A stretch of 63,527 bases of DNA, counting the filler, from Klebsormidium nitens (lineage: Eukaryota > Plantae > Klebsormidiophyceae), in NCBI GenBank assembly GCA_000708835.1. It is 4 parts of 4 records of this genome, joined end to end, with 100 filler letters (N's around TTAATTAATTAA, not from the genome) between each part and the next. Parts side by side here need not be neighbours in the genome. Positions count along the whole stretch, not along the records: positions 25,199 to 54,259 come from DF237160.1; positions 54,360 to 60,307 come from DF238021.1; positions 60,408 to 63,527 come from DF238606.1; 1 more part is not named here. One strand, written 5' to 3'. The notes below the pieces were generated by a model, which made no database searches, was not told where the DNA came from, and saw nothing but the letters and a program-made list of their open reading frames with translations. A program made the translations under genes and the position numbers. This document shows, one piece after another, positions 51,801-60,652 of this stretch (the first letter of the stretch is position 1; each line of letters opens with the position of its first letter).

Positions 51801-54259
51801 CTCATAAGTTGGGGCACTATAGTCCATGTGGCTCACCATCGACGTAATAGCCCGTGCAACAAGAATCCTGCGGGCAGTAGTAGGAGCTATAAGGACAAGG
51901 GCAGGCCTCCACGTCACTGACGCATTCTCCGGACTGTCTACAACATACTCCCTTGTTGGCGGGGCAGGAGACTCCGTTGTATTCCTGGCACTGTGGACAG
52001 ACCTGCGCGCCACTGCTGTCGAAGGGTGCGTTTGTGCAATGACCTGCAGGAGGAGAAGACGGCTCTCCCTGTGTTATTTTCAAATCAAGACCACTCCAGG
52101 TACAGAAGTTCGCGTCTCCCTTTTCATACGAATAACAGATTCGTATTTAAAGAGCAATCCGACTCCACTTAGAAACTTGCGTTAAATGGCGGAAGAGTGC
52201 CTGGGGGAGTCAAAACGGGCCTGCTGACGCAGTTTGCTCTTACGAGAAAAACGCAAGGACGGATACCCAGCGTCAATGAGCAACTGTCTGCAAACTGGAA
52301 GGGAAAGCTGCAAATAGTACGGTCTGGCAAAAGGTTTCGTCCGAGATGAGGGAACCAGACAGCAAGATCAGCGATCTCGAACATCAATTTTAAATTTTGC
52401 ACCTCGAGCATACGTGCATGCTAGGCCGATCTCAGACATTTTGATGGCCACGATCAGTCGCCAGGGATTGACCATAGATGCCATCTTCTACAACCCAATC
52501 ATGCCAACGCTTACCAGTTGTACCGTTTCGGTAATCTCCAGTACAGCAATACCCTGATGGACATTGACCATTGGACTCGCAGGTGCATGCGCTCTCGTCT
52601 GCGGCGCATCCTCCAGTGGGGCAGCAGAAAGGCTTGTTGTCGGGGCAGGCGAGGCCGTTGGCGTTGAAATCGTTACAGTTAGGACAAGCCTGGGTGCCAT
52701 TTGAAAGGATAAGCGTATCGGTGCAGGTGCCTGCCCAAGAACGAGAGAGAAGTTGAAGGCAAGTACTGAGACAAAGAGCGTTTGCCTAGAATCTGATCCG
52801 GTCTTGTACCCAGCTGCAAGCTCATCAAGGCTCTGCACAACATACCTAGCGCCATTGCTGACGTATGCGATCTATGTACGGAGCAACGTATGTCGATCCT
52901 ACACTTTTCAAGTGTAAGTACACTAAAAGAGACTAAGAACCTGGTGAAATATCTCTTGAAGACGAGTCAGTGACCCGAGCAAAGAAGCCTGTGCGGATTC
53001 AGCCTGTCACGTTTGTGAACATGTAACATGTGTTATGATACTGCTAGCAAGTGAAGTTCTTGCTCCTCCCAGTGAACTTGAGTGCCTCACCTTCGTTGCC
53101 CGAATAGTATTCTCTGCAACAAAAGCCTGTTGGACAATAATATTGGGAGTAGTAACAAGGACACTCATTGGCCGATGCTTTGCACTCTCCGGTGGCGCAG
53201 CACACTCCCTTTTCGGGAGGGCAGGTCGGTCCGTTGAACACGTTGCAATTGGAGCAGACCTGGGTTCCGTTGGACAACACTGGCACGTTTGTGCAAACAC
53301 CTGAAAAGGAGCGGAAACGATTGTGAGGGTCGGAGATACAAGACGTTCAGTGGAGGACGCGCTGAAAGAGAAAGAAGCTTGGGAAAACTTCGATGCTCTT
53401 CATTCGGGCTCTTATGAAGCAACGGAGGGTAAGAGGAGTCAAAGAGACCATAAGAGCGAGTCTACTTCCAAAGGTTCAAGAGGTCTAATGTGAGTACGCA
53501 GCAGTGATTGAAAGAGAACCAAGAAAAGAGGGCCATTCTTTGATAGTTGCATATTGGAGGTCTGGTGAAGTGTCCGTTTAATTCGCATTGGGTCAGGATG
53601 TCTCGAATCTAGGCCAGGGTAGTAGTGCTTTTCGTCTCAAAGTCAGCGAGTTGCACGTGCAACTCAAATACTAAAGCAACTTCGTTTCCAATAGGGGCAG
53701 CCGGAAGCGACAAATAACGCCTTTGCAAACGCTACGGATGGAAGAGCTAGCAAATGTGAAAATCACACACTTCTTTCAACATCTCTTAGAATAACCAGCT
53801 TGTCCACAACACGCACAGTTTTTCAACTCTGATGAATTTTATCGACTATGTCAAGTTCAGGTCAACAAGTCTTCCAAAGATATAAAGAGTACCCTTGCGA
53901 GACACTTACCAACTTTGCCCGTATACTGTTCGGTGCAGCAGCCTTTATTCAGGGCGCAATCAGAGGTCGATCTGCACCTCCTCACGGGGGGTGGAGGTGG
54001 AGCCCGGCGCGGCGGGGGGGGATTTGGCCCAGGGAGAACCAAGGGTGGAGGATTCAATGGAGGCGGTGGTGGGGGGTTTTTCGTAGAGACTGGCGGCGGA
54101 GGCATGGGACTTTGTGGTGGCGGAGGTTGCTTTGGAGGAGGCGGGTTTTTCTTGGGGGGCGGAGGTGGTGGAAGAACGGCTTTGGGAGGGGGAGGGGCAC
54201 CGCGTGGGGGAGGGTTGAGTGGCGGCGGCGGGCTTTTGGTTTGAGGAGGTGGGTTTGCG
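42872..54259 (-). CDS. Large Pro-rich / Cys-rich repeat protein (probably extracellular); 5' end lost in gap
   Basis: A Pro-rich exon ending about 53909, then repeat exons 53091-53300, 52515-52730, 51837-52043, 51179-51385, 50355-50582, 49469-49678, 48611-48814, 47908-48117, 47243-47449, 46385-46609, 45475-45678, 44581-44796, 43938-44144, 43233-43439 and terminal exon 42872-43011. All introns are phase-1 GT-AG, and every internal exon is a multiple of 3 and stop-free. Confidence 0.9.
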
Positions 54260-54359
54260 NNNNNNNNNNNNNNNNNNNNNNNNNNNNNNNNNNNNNNNNN
54301 NNNTTAATTAATTAANNNNNNNNNNNNNNNNNNNNNNNNNNNNNNNNNNNNNNNNNNNN
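54260..54359. other. Artificial contig linker (N-TTAATTAATTAA-N)
   Basis: TTAATTAATTAA at 54304-54315 within a 100-nt N block. Confidence 0.95.
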
Positions 54360-54363
54360 CCTC

Positions 54364-54419
54364 GACCCACCAAGCCTGACCCACCAAGCCTGACCCACCA
54401 AGCCTGACCCACCGAGCCT
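54364..54419 (+). repeat. 14-bp tandem repeat x4
   Basis: GACCCACCAAGCCT at 54364, 54378, 54392 and 54406 (last copy has one mismatch). Confidence 0.95.
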
Positions 54420-54485
54420 AAAATCCTAAAACCCTAAATTCTGAAAACCCTATAATCCTATTACCCTAAAACCCTACCCTAAAAA
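54417..54485 (+). repeat. Degenerate telomere-like tract (CCCTAAAA / CCCTAAA variants)
   Basis: cctaaaatcctaaaaccctaaattctgaaaaccctataatcctattaccctaaaaccctaccctaaaaa, the C-rich strand of TTTTAGGG/TTTAGGG-type repeats. Confidence 0.65.
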
Positions 54486-54778
54486 GTGGATTGGCGCCAC
54501 GTGAGCAGAATAAAGCGTCTTGTCGTGAAGATCGATAATTATTTTCTTAGTGGATTCCCTGGTGATTAGTATCACGAGACAGTAAGACAGTAAGACGCAT
54601 TTTTTGGAAAGTTTTTGAGATTCGGGACGGGAATCGAGGGATTTCAGGATCCTGGGGCCGTCCCCAGAAATGCGTCTTTGTGTCTTGCGTCTTATAGGGT
54701 GGTATGGGCGGGCCGGCGGATCTGCCGAGCTACGGGGGATCAAGAACGAGAAGAGAAAATTTCTGTCTCGGTGATAGG

Positions 54779-55309
54779 ATGAATAGAGAACAGGCAACCG
54801 AGTTGCTCTCGAAGTTCGATTCCACTACGAAACTCTTCTCTCTCGCAGGGCTAAAGACATATTGCCGACCGGTGTCTTTACATGATTTGGTCACTATTTC
54901 GGTAGTGTTTCCATTCCAAGGCCGGGATGTCCATAAGATAAATTGTAGGGTCCTAGGCCTGGATAGCGCGGAATCGACGTCCAAAAACCCGATCGTGAAG
55001 GCTTGGGCCGTGAAGGCGCGCAACCGCATGCTCTCGCTCATCGCTCCCGGCGTCTTCGAGGTCGACGGTAGTTACTCGAAGAAGGACATCGAGAGGTTGC
55101 TCGCGGAGAACGTCAGCATGCTCTACATACACGCTTACGAGTACGAGAAGTTCGGGCGTCTGCTGGTCGACCTATTTCTCGACGACTCTGCGTCCGACAG
55201 GGGTGAGACCTTGCAGGCGATCTGTATCCGGGAGAATTACGCGAAACCGTATCACGGGAAGATGAAGAGCCAGTGGGTACCGGAAGACTGCCGTCTCAAC
55301 GTTTCCTAA
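54779..55309 (+). CDS. Thermonuclease (staphylococcal nuclease-like) copy A, 176 aa
   Basis: Motifs HDLVT (DxDT with D to V), RVLGLDSAE, EKFGRLL and YAKPYHG. The true start is probably ATG 54779. Confidence 0.85.
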   Translation: MNREQATELLSKFDSTTKLFSLAGLKTYCRPVSLHDLVTISVVFPFQGRDVHKINCRVLGLDSAESTSKNPIVKAWAVKARNRMLSLIAPGVFEVDGSYSKKDIERLLAENVSMLYIHAYEYEKFGRLLVDLFLDDSASDRGETLQAICIRENYAKPYHGKMKSQWVPEDCRLNVS

Positions 55310-55557
55310 GGAGACTGCAGACCGAATCGGATGGTCGGGGGAGGGATCGAGGAGTCCAGCGGGATGGGTACGATCGTAGAGAACCTCTGGGGAGGATCGG
55401 GGGCGGTGCAGAGGGGCTTCCTCGATGTGGCGCCCTGAGAGGAACTGGGCGTGCAAATGAGGTCGAAATGTCGGCGGGAGCACGCGTAGCCCCGCTCAGC
55501 CCCGAACCCGTCGGTCACGTAGAGCATGATGCTCTCATTCGCGGGGAGTCCGTACGA
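55306..55557 (-). pseudogene. 3' fragment of the expansin-like gene (duplicate of 59750-60000)
   Basis: Near-identical to 59750-60000 (SYGLPANESIMLYVTDGFG...FGLQSP*). Ends at a 20-N gap. Confidence 0.75.
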
Positions 55558-55583
55558 NNNNNNNNNNNNNNNNNNNNGATAGG

Positions 55584-56100
55584 ATGAATAGAGAAGAGGC
55601 AACCGAGTTGCTCTCGAAGTTCGATTTTACTACGAAACTCTTCTCTCTCGCAGGGCTAAAGACATATTGCCGACTGGTGTCTTTACATGATCTGGACACT
55701 ATTTCGGTAGTGTTTCCATTCCAAGGCCGGGATGTCCATAAGATCAATTGTAGGGTCCTAGGCCTGGATAGCGCGGAATTGACGTCCAAAAACCCGATCG
55801 TGAAGGCTTGGGCCGTGAAGGCGCGCAACCGCATGCTCTCGCTCATCGCTCCAGGCGTCTTCGATTTCGACGGGAATTACGCGAAGAAGGACATCGAGAG
55901 ATTGCTCGCGGAGAACGTCAGCATGCTCTACATACACGCTTACGAGTACGAGAAGTTCGGGCGTCTGCTGGTCGACCTATTTCTCGACGACTCTGCGTCC
56001 GACAGGGGTGAGACCTTGCAGGCGATCTGTATCCGGGAGGGTTACGCCAAACCCGTATGACGGGAAGACGAAGAGCCATTGGGTACCGGAAGACTGCCGT
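55584..56100 (+). pseudogene. Thermonuclease copy B with a +1 frameshift near the C-terminus
   Basis: Near-identical to copy A, HDLDT intact. An extra C in AAACCCGTATGA gives an early stop at 56058-56060. Confidence 0.8.
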
Positions 56101-56126
56101 NNNNNNNNNNNNNNNNNNNNGATAGG

Positions 56127-56600
56127 ATGAATAGAGAACAGGCCACCGAGTTACTCTCGAAGTTCGATTCCACTACGAAACTCTTTTCTCTCGAAGGGCT
56201 GAAGACATATTGCAGACTGGTGTCTTTACATGATCTGGACACTATTTCGGTAGTGTTTCCATTCTAAGGCCGGGATGTCCATAAGATCAATTGTAGGGTC
56301 CTAGGCCTGGATAGCGCGGAACTGACGTCCAAAAACCCGATCGTGAAGGCTTGGGCCGTGAAGGCGCGTAACCGCATGCTCTCGCTCATCGCTCCAGGCG
56401 TCTTCGAGGTCGACGGTAGTTACGCAAAGAAGGACATCGAGAGGTTGCTCGCGGAGAACGTCAGCATGCTCTACATACACGCCTACGAGTACGAGAAGTT
56501 CGGGCGTCTGCTGGTCGACCTATTTCTCGACGATCCTGCGTCCGACAGGGGTGAGACCTTGCAGGCGATCTGTATCCGGGAGGGTTACGCCAAACCATGA
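56127..56600 (+). pseudogene. Thermonuclease copy C: premature stop and 3' truncation
   Basis: CAA to TAA at 56265-56267. Similarity ends at YAKP (about 56596-56600), and the missing tail reappears at 59695-59753. Confidence 0.8.
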
Positions 56601-56874
56601 TAAATAGCGGAGATATGGAGACCGTGGAAGCGGCGATGCGATTGCGAGCCCTCGTTGAGCAGAACGGGGCGGGCAAGGAAGCGCCGGCACCCTGACGACC
56701 TTTTCAAAAACTAATACCAAAGATGGGCGAACGAATAGCTACTCACGCCAACCTGGACCCTTGCGCGAGACGGGCCATATGGAATCGTTTGAATGCATTT
56801 GTGTGATCGGCCGGGCGATTGTATGCATCAGAGTCTATGCGGTTCACTTTATTTTCTCGAGCACTGGACACGAC

Positions 56875-57393
56875 ATGGATAAGGAGCAAGCTGCACAGCT
56901 TCTCTCCAAATACGATGACTCGACAAAGCTGTTCTCTTTGGATGGATTGAAGACTTACGCGCGGGTTGTCGCTATGCATGACCTTGATACTTGTACGGTC
57001 GTATTTCCGTTTCAAAACAACGACGTTCACAAGATCATCGTGCGGCTACTCGGTATCGACTCGCCGGAAATGAATGCGAAACACCCCACGGTAAAAGATT
57101 GGGCCGTGAAAGCGCGCAACCGTATGCTTTCTCTCGTGGCACCAGGGGTATTTGAGATAGATGGAAACTATACGAGGAAAGATATCAACAAGCTTTTCAG
57201 AGAGAATGTGGCGTTGATCTGGATGGATGCGAAGGGTTGGGATAAGTACGGGAGGTGTCTTGGAGATATCTACCTCTCCCCTGACGATACAAAGTCTCTG
57301 CAAACCATCTGCATCGAACAAGGCTATGCAAAAGTCTACGATGGGGGCACTAAGAATCAGTGGGTGCCAGAAGACTGCGTCCTGAGATCGTAA
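56875..57393 (+). CDS. Thermonuclease copy D, diverged and intact, 172 aa
   Basis: Motifs HDLDT, VRLLGIDSPE, DKYGRCL and YAKVYDGGTK. Intact SNase catalytic motifs, clearly diverged from copies A-C. Confidence 0.88.
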   Translation: MDKEQAAQLLSKYDDSTKLFSLDGLKTYARVVAMHDLDTCTVVFPFQNNDVHKIIVRLLGIDSPEMNAKHPTVKDWAVKARNRMLSLVAPGVFEIDGNYTRKDINKLFRENVALIWMDAKGWDKYGRCLGDIYLSPDDTKSLQTICIEQGYAKVYDGGTKNQWVPEDCVLRS

Positions 57394-57434
57394 ACTGCTC
57401 TACCGCCGAGCCTGCCCCCCATTTCTGACCGCAA

Positions 57435-57921
57435 TTATACGACATGCTTGTGCATTCGACGCAATTCTACCCTCCTCAAATGAGCTTTCGAGACATTGTA
57501 CTTCACGGCTCGCTGAGCATGCGTAAGCCCGTCTTTTCCAAACGTAGCTCGAATCTTCCGGACCTGATCCTCCGTCAGCTTTGCAAAACCACATCTCCCA
57601 TGACGTAACATATCAATTGCATTCTCGCTGCACGTCCCTATCTCTAGATGCTCTGGTGCACAGCAGGCGCGATTCCCACAGAGATGCCGGACAACCTTCC
57701 CGATCTTCTGACCGACCTCGACTGGTCCCCCCTGCTTGATCTCGTAAGAGAGAATGTGCGTCAAGCGGCTCCTTCCGAAGACGCTTATCGTACCGTATCC
57801 ATCATTGATCTTTGTTCCCATCCAAATTCGGCATGAGGTACCCCCGTAGGAGCTAGTCCCGTCGACTCTCATCTTGCTCTCCAACCGCTGCCGAGCCTGC
57901 TTGTACATGTCGCCCGTCCAG
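57435..57921 (-). CDS. HNH / His-Cys box homing endonuclease module + HTH (C-terminal part of a split gene)
   Basis: CRIWMG...GYGTI...THILSY...VRHLCGNRACCAPEHLEIGTCSEN followed by AKLTEDQVRKIR (HTH). The ORF track extends this frame to 58490. Confidence 0.85.
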
Positions 57922-58209
57922 TCCATCATTTGATCGGAACGGCGGTCGCATCCGGCAGCAACGACCACAAACAATGGAGCCATATCTGGATATTCATCTG
58001 TGCGCCGATTGTAGGGGGTATACTCGCGGGCCTCAACCCGCTCTGGATCGATCGGACGCCCGAGCCTGATCACGTTCCCGCGCCGGCGCCGGCACTGACC
58101 GCCTGAGTGATTGCCTCGCCATCGCGCCTGCAGGGTAGCACAAGTAATCATCAGTCCAATGCGTCCTATCATTCTTGCATTTTTCCAGCTGTATACAGTA
58201 TTGTTGCCT

Positions 58210-58482
58210 ATGGACGAGCGACGATTCTTCATCGACTTGTGCGCATTCATAATCCGATACATGCATACGAACGACTTGTCTGGAAACCTTGATGACTTCA
58301 TGATTAGACTATCCAGATTGAGGGACTGGTATGTTTCGTTGGCGCCTGAACTCGCAGAAAGCATCGCATCAGACGAGAATCTACAGAGAAGTTGTATGGG
58401 GTATGAATTTTTTTTGAAAGAGATCTGTGTGCACGATATCTCACCTTCCCCTTCATTGGCTTTCAAGAGTAGCGACCACTGA
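58210..58482 (+). CDS. Small hypothetical protein, 90 aa
   Basis: MDERRFFIDLCAF...; amphipathic-helix composition. Antisense to the upstream half of the 57435-58490 frame, so one of the two is likely a shadow. Confidence 0.35.
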   Translation: MDERRFFIDLCAFIIRYMHTNDLSGNLDDFMIRLSRLRDWYVSLAPELAESIASDENLQRSCMGYEFFLKEICVHDISPSPSLAFKSSDH

Positions 58483-58662
58483 AATTGCATGTACAGATGT
58501 GTCCTTTATCAGTTGCTGAAGCTTGGATGACTTCACACCTTGCAAGCGTTCCCCTGGAGTATTAACGATTTTGTATTCGAAAGGCAGTTCGTTCCACTGT
58601 TGCAAGGCACGCTCATCGGATGCAGAAACTAAGAAAGTCGAGCTGCCAGACGTGATATTCAT
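58453..58662 (-). CDS. Small hypothetical protein, 69 aa
   Basis: ATG in AAAATG context after an AT-rich stretch; intronless. Confidence 0.4.
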   Translation of the reverse strand: MNITSGSSTFLVSASDERALQQWNELPFEYKIVNTPGERLQGVKSSKLQQLIKDTSVHAISVVATLESQ

Positions 58663-58784
58663 TTTGTAAGTACGTTAGAGAAAAAAAGTATTACACACCG
58701 CAAGGAGAGATGTTCAGCAGGGTTTTTGGGGGGTTGCCTGGTTTGGGCATCATTATGATCAGGGGCATGACGCGGTGTCAATGA

Positions 58785-59594
58785 TCCAGACCCGGGCCTT
58801 CGCGCGAGCCAGCCGCGCTCTTGTCTTGTCTAGACTCAGCATTCCCCACTATCGATTTTGTAAACGATCTTCACATGTACTCCAAAACGCTTCGCGCGCT
58901 CAATTGCAGTCTCGTGGCCCGCTTGACCCCTCCTCGTCGTGGGCTTCGAGTCCTTGATTCGACGGGCGAGTTCTTCCGATATACTGGCATTGTGATTCTT
59001 CGGACCCCTCGGCAGTGTCCCGTTAGCGATCTTGTCGTCATAATTGTTCTCCCGCAGAGTACCGTATGCTAGATGAGTCGGTTCGAAACAGCGCGAGTCG
59101 TTGCACAGGTGTCGCAATACGAGCGGCACTCCGTTCTCGTCTTGCTCCGTGGGACTTTCCACCAGGCTCTTGTGAAGCATATAGGACGCTTTGTGGATCC
59201 CCATCATCACACCACGGAGACTGACTTTTTCATACGCTTTCTCGGCGACCAGGCACCCGTTGCCGAGCCGCACCCCACGCTTCTCCAGTCTCGCCCAGAT
59301 GATCGCGGACGACTTCTCCTCTTTCAGAGGCATTCTCCGGAGATGCTCGACTTTGACGCACTTGTTGTTCTCACAGATCACCTTGCATTTATGAAACTTG
59401 TCTAGGGGCTCATCCGGATGATTGAAGCCCCAGAGAAAGCGCCGCACGTTGGTCTGCTGCATTTTTTTATTCACACTCTTCCTCAAGGTGCGGTAACCAT
59501 TCACATCCAACCGTCCCAACCATGGAAGACACCCGTTCGCATCGGCAGACCCTGTCTTCGCCCTGATTGCTTCCACGACCTCATGCTCATCCAT
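58785..59594 (-). CDS. Double HNH-type module + HTH (N-terminal part of a split homing endonuclease gene)
   Basis: GCLPWLG...GY...CENNKCVKVEHL (degenerate first module), then RHLCNDSRCFEPTHLAYGTLREN and an HTH (ASISEELARRIK...RAKRFGV). Main frame stops at 58836; a shifted frame continues DKTRARLARAKARVW. Confidence 0.85.
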
Positions 59595-59749
59595 GTTGGC
59601 TGCTCTACATGCAAAATCGCCTCTCCCTAAATGGGGTCTCGAACCTGGGTCCTGCTTCTGAGATAGAAGCTAAACAGCAGTGTGTAACGCAGAAATCACG
59701 GGAAGACGAAGAGCCAGTGGGTACCGGAAGACTGCCTTCTCAACGTTTC

Positions 59750-60307
59750 CTAAGGAGACTGCAGACCGAATCGGATGGTCGGGGGAGGGATCGAGGAGTC
59801 CAGCGGGATGGGTACGATCGTAGAGAACCTCTGGGGAGGATCGGGGGCGGTGCAGAGGGGCTTCCTCGATGTGGCGCCCTGAGAGGAACTGGGCGTGCAA
59901 ATGAGGTCGAAATCTCGGCGGGAGCACGCGTAGCCCCGCTCAGCCCCGAACCCGTCGGTCACGTAGAGCACGATGCTCTCATTCGCGGGGAGTCCGTACG
60001 ACTGAAACATTCCGGCGTAGGTGTGCTCCAAATGCATCCAGCCCTGGTCGGAGGCGACCTTCACCCCCATGACGTTGCCCGCTTCGCCTCCTAGCGGCGC
60101 GAAGTCTATGATGGAGAAGAGCCCTTGATCGATTAGGTCCAGAGAAGCGTCTCCGCCGCCGGTCGTCGGGCACCGGGTCCTCGTGAGGCTCCCTTCGGAC
60201 GTCGACGGGGCGCTCGAGTATCGCTCCGCCAGAGCGATGGAGCCTTTGGGGCAATCCTCGCAGCTGCCGGCGACGTATGCGAGCCGCGGTCCCGCGCCCT
60301 TGCTGCT
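59750..60307 (-). CDS. Expansin-like (EXLX-type) protein, 5'-truncated by gap, with P-rich tail
   Basis: The frame is open from the gap: ...LAYVAGSCEDCPKGSIALAE...RCPTTGGG...NVMGVKVASDQGWMHLEHTYAGMFQSYG...IVLYVTDGFG. This resembles the DPBB end plus CBM63 domain of expansin-like proteins. Its stop overlaps the SNase stop. Confidence 0.55.
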   Translation of the reverse strand, partial: SSKGAGPRLAYVAGSCEDCPKGSIALAERYSSAPSTSEGSLTRTRCPTTGGGDASLDLIDQGLFSIIDFAPLGGEAGNVMGVKVASDQGWMHLEHTYAGMFQSYGLPANESIVLYVTDGFGAERGYACSRRDFDLICTPSSSQGATSRKPLCTAPDPPQRFSTIVPIPLDSSIPPPTIRFGLQSP

Positions 60308-60407
60308 NNNNNNNNNNNNNNNNNNNNNNNNNNNNNNNNNNNNNNNNNNNNTTAATTAATTAANNNNNNNNNNNNNNNNNNNNNNNNNNNNNNNNNNNNN
60401 NNNNNNN
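60308..60407. other. Artificial contig linker (N-TTAATTAATTAA-N)
   Basis: TTAATTAATTAA at 60352-60363 within a 100-nt N block. Confidence 0.95.
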
Positions 60408-60570
60408 TGATGTAAGTATTCTCTATAGACACTTCACTCATCACCCTGGTACAGCTGTGAACCCCGGCGCGAGCCGGACACTTCAACCATTCTAAGCTTG
60501 TACCAGGATGGTGTAAGTTTTGTCTATAGAAGGAACCTACATCATCATGGTACAAGCTTGGAATGCTGAA
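60408..60570. repeat. About 101-bp degenerate tandem repeat with internal inverted repeats
   Basis: TGTAAGT..T.TCTATAGA at 60411 and 60512. AAGCTTGTACCA at 60494-60505 is inverted at 60548-60559. Confidence 0.65.
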
Positions 60571-60652
60571 AGGGCCAGCTGGCGCACTGTTCATGCGCTT
60601 TGCCCACGTTGGTACGGACTCTGTTGCCTGTGGATTCTATCCGATGACTCAC

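Larger units (their letters stand above)
54486..60307. mobile_element. Intronless, gene-dense island of probable giant-virus (NCLDV) origin
   Basis: No introns, tightly packed or overlapping ORFs, and thermonuclease plus His-Cys/HNH endonuclease genes of the style common in large DNA viruses. This contrasts with the intron-rich flanks. Confidence 0.65.

Noticed and set aside
53848-54315. Gly/Arg-rich plus-strand ORFs
   Set aside because: Reverse complement of the Pro-rich exon, which splices properly into the Cys array.
54364-56600. Possible CRISPR-like array next to nucleases
   Set aside because: The repeats are spacerless 14-mers or whole-gene duplications; no repeat-spacer pattern and no cas genes.
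57917-58789. Insert as a self-splicing group I intron
   Set aside because: No junction register gives a U before the 5' splice site together with a terminal G.
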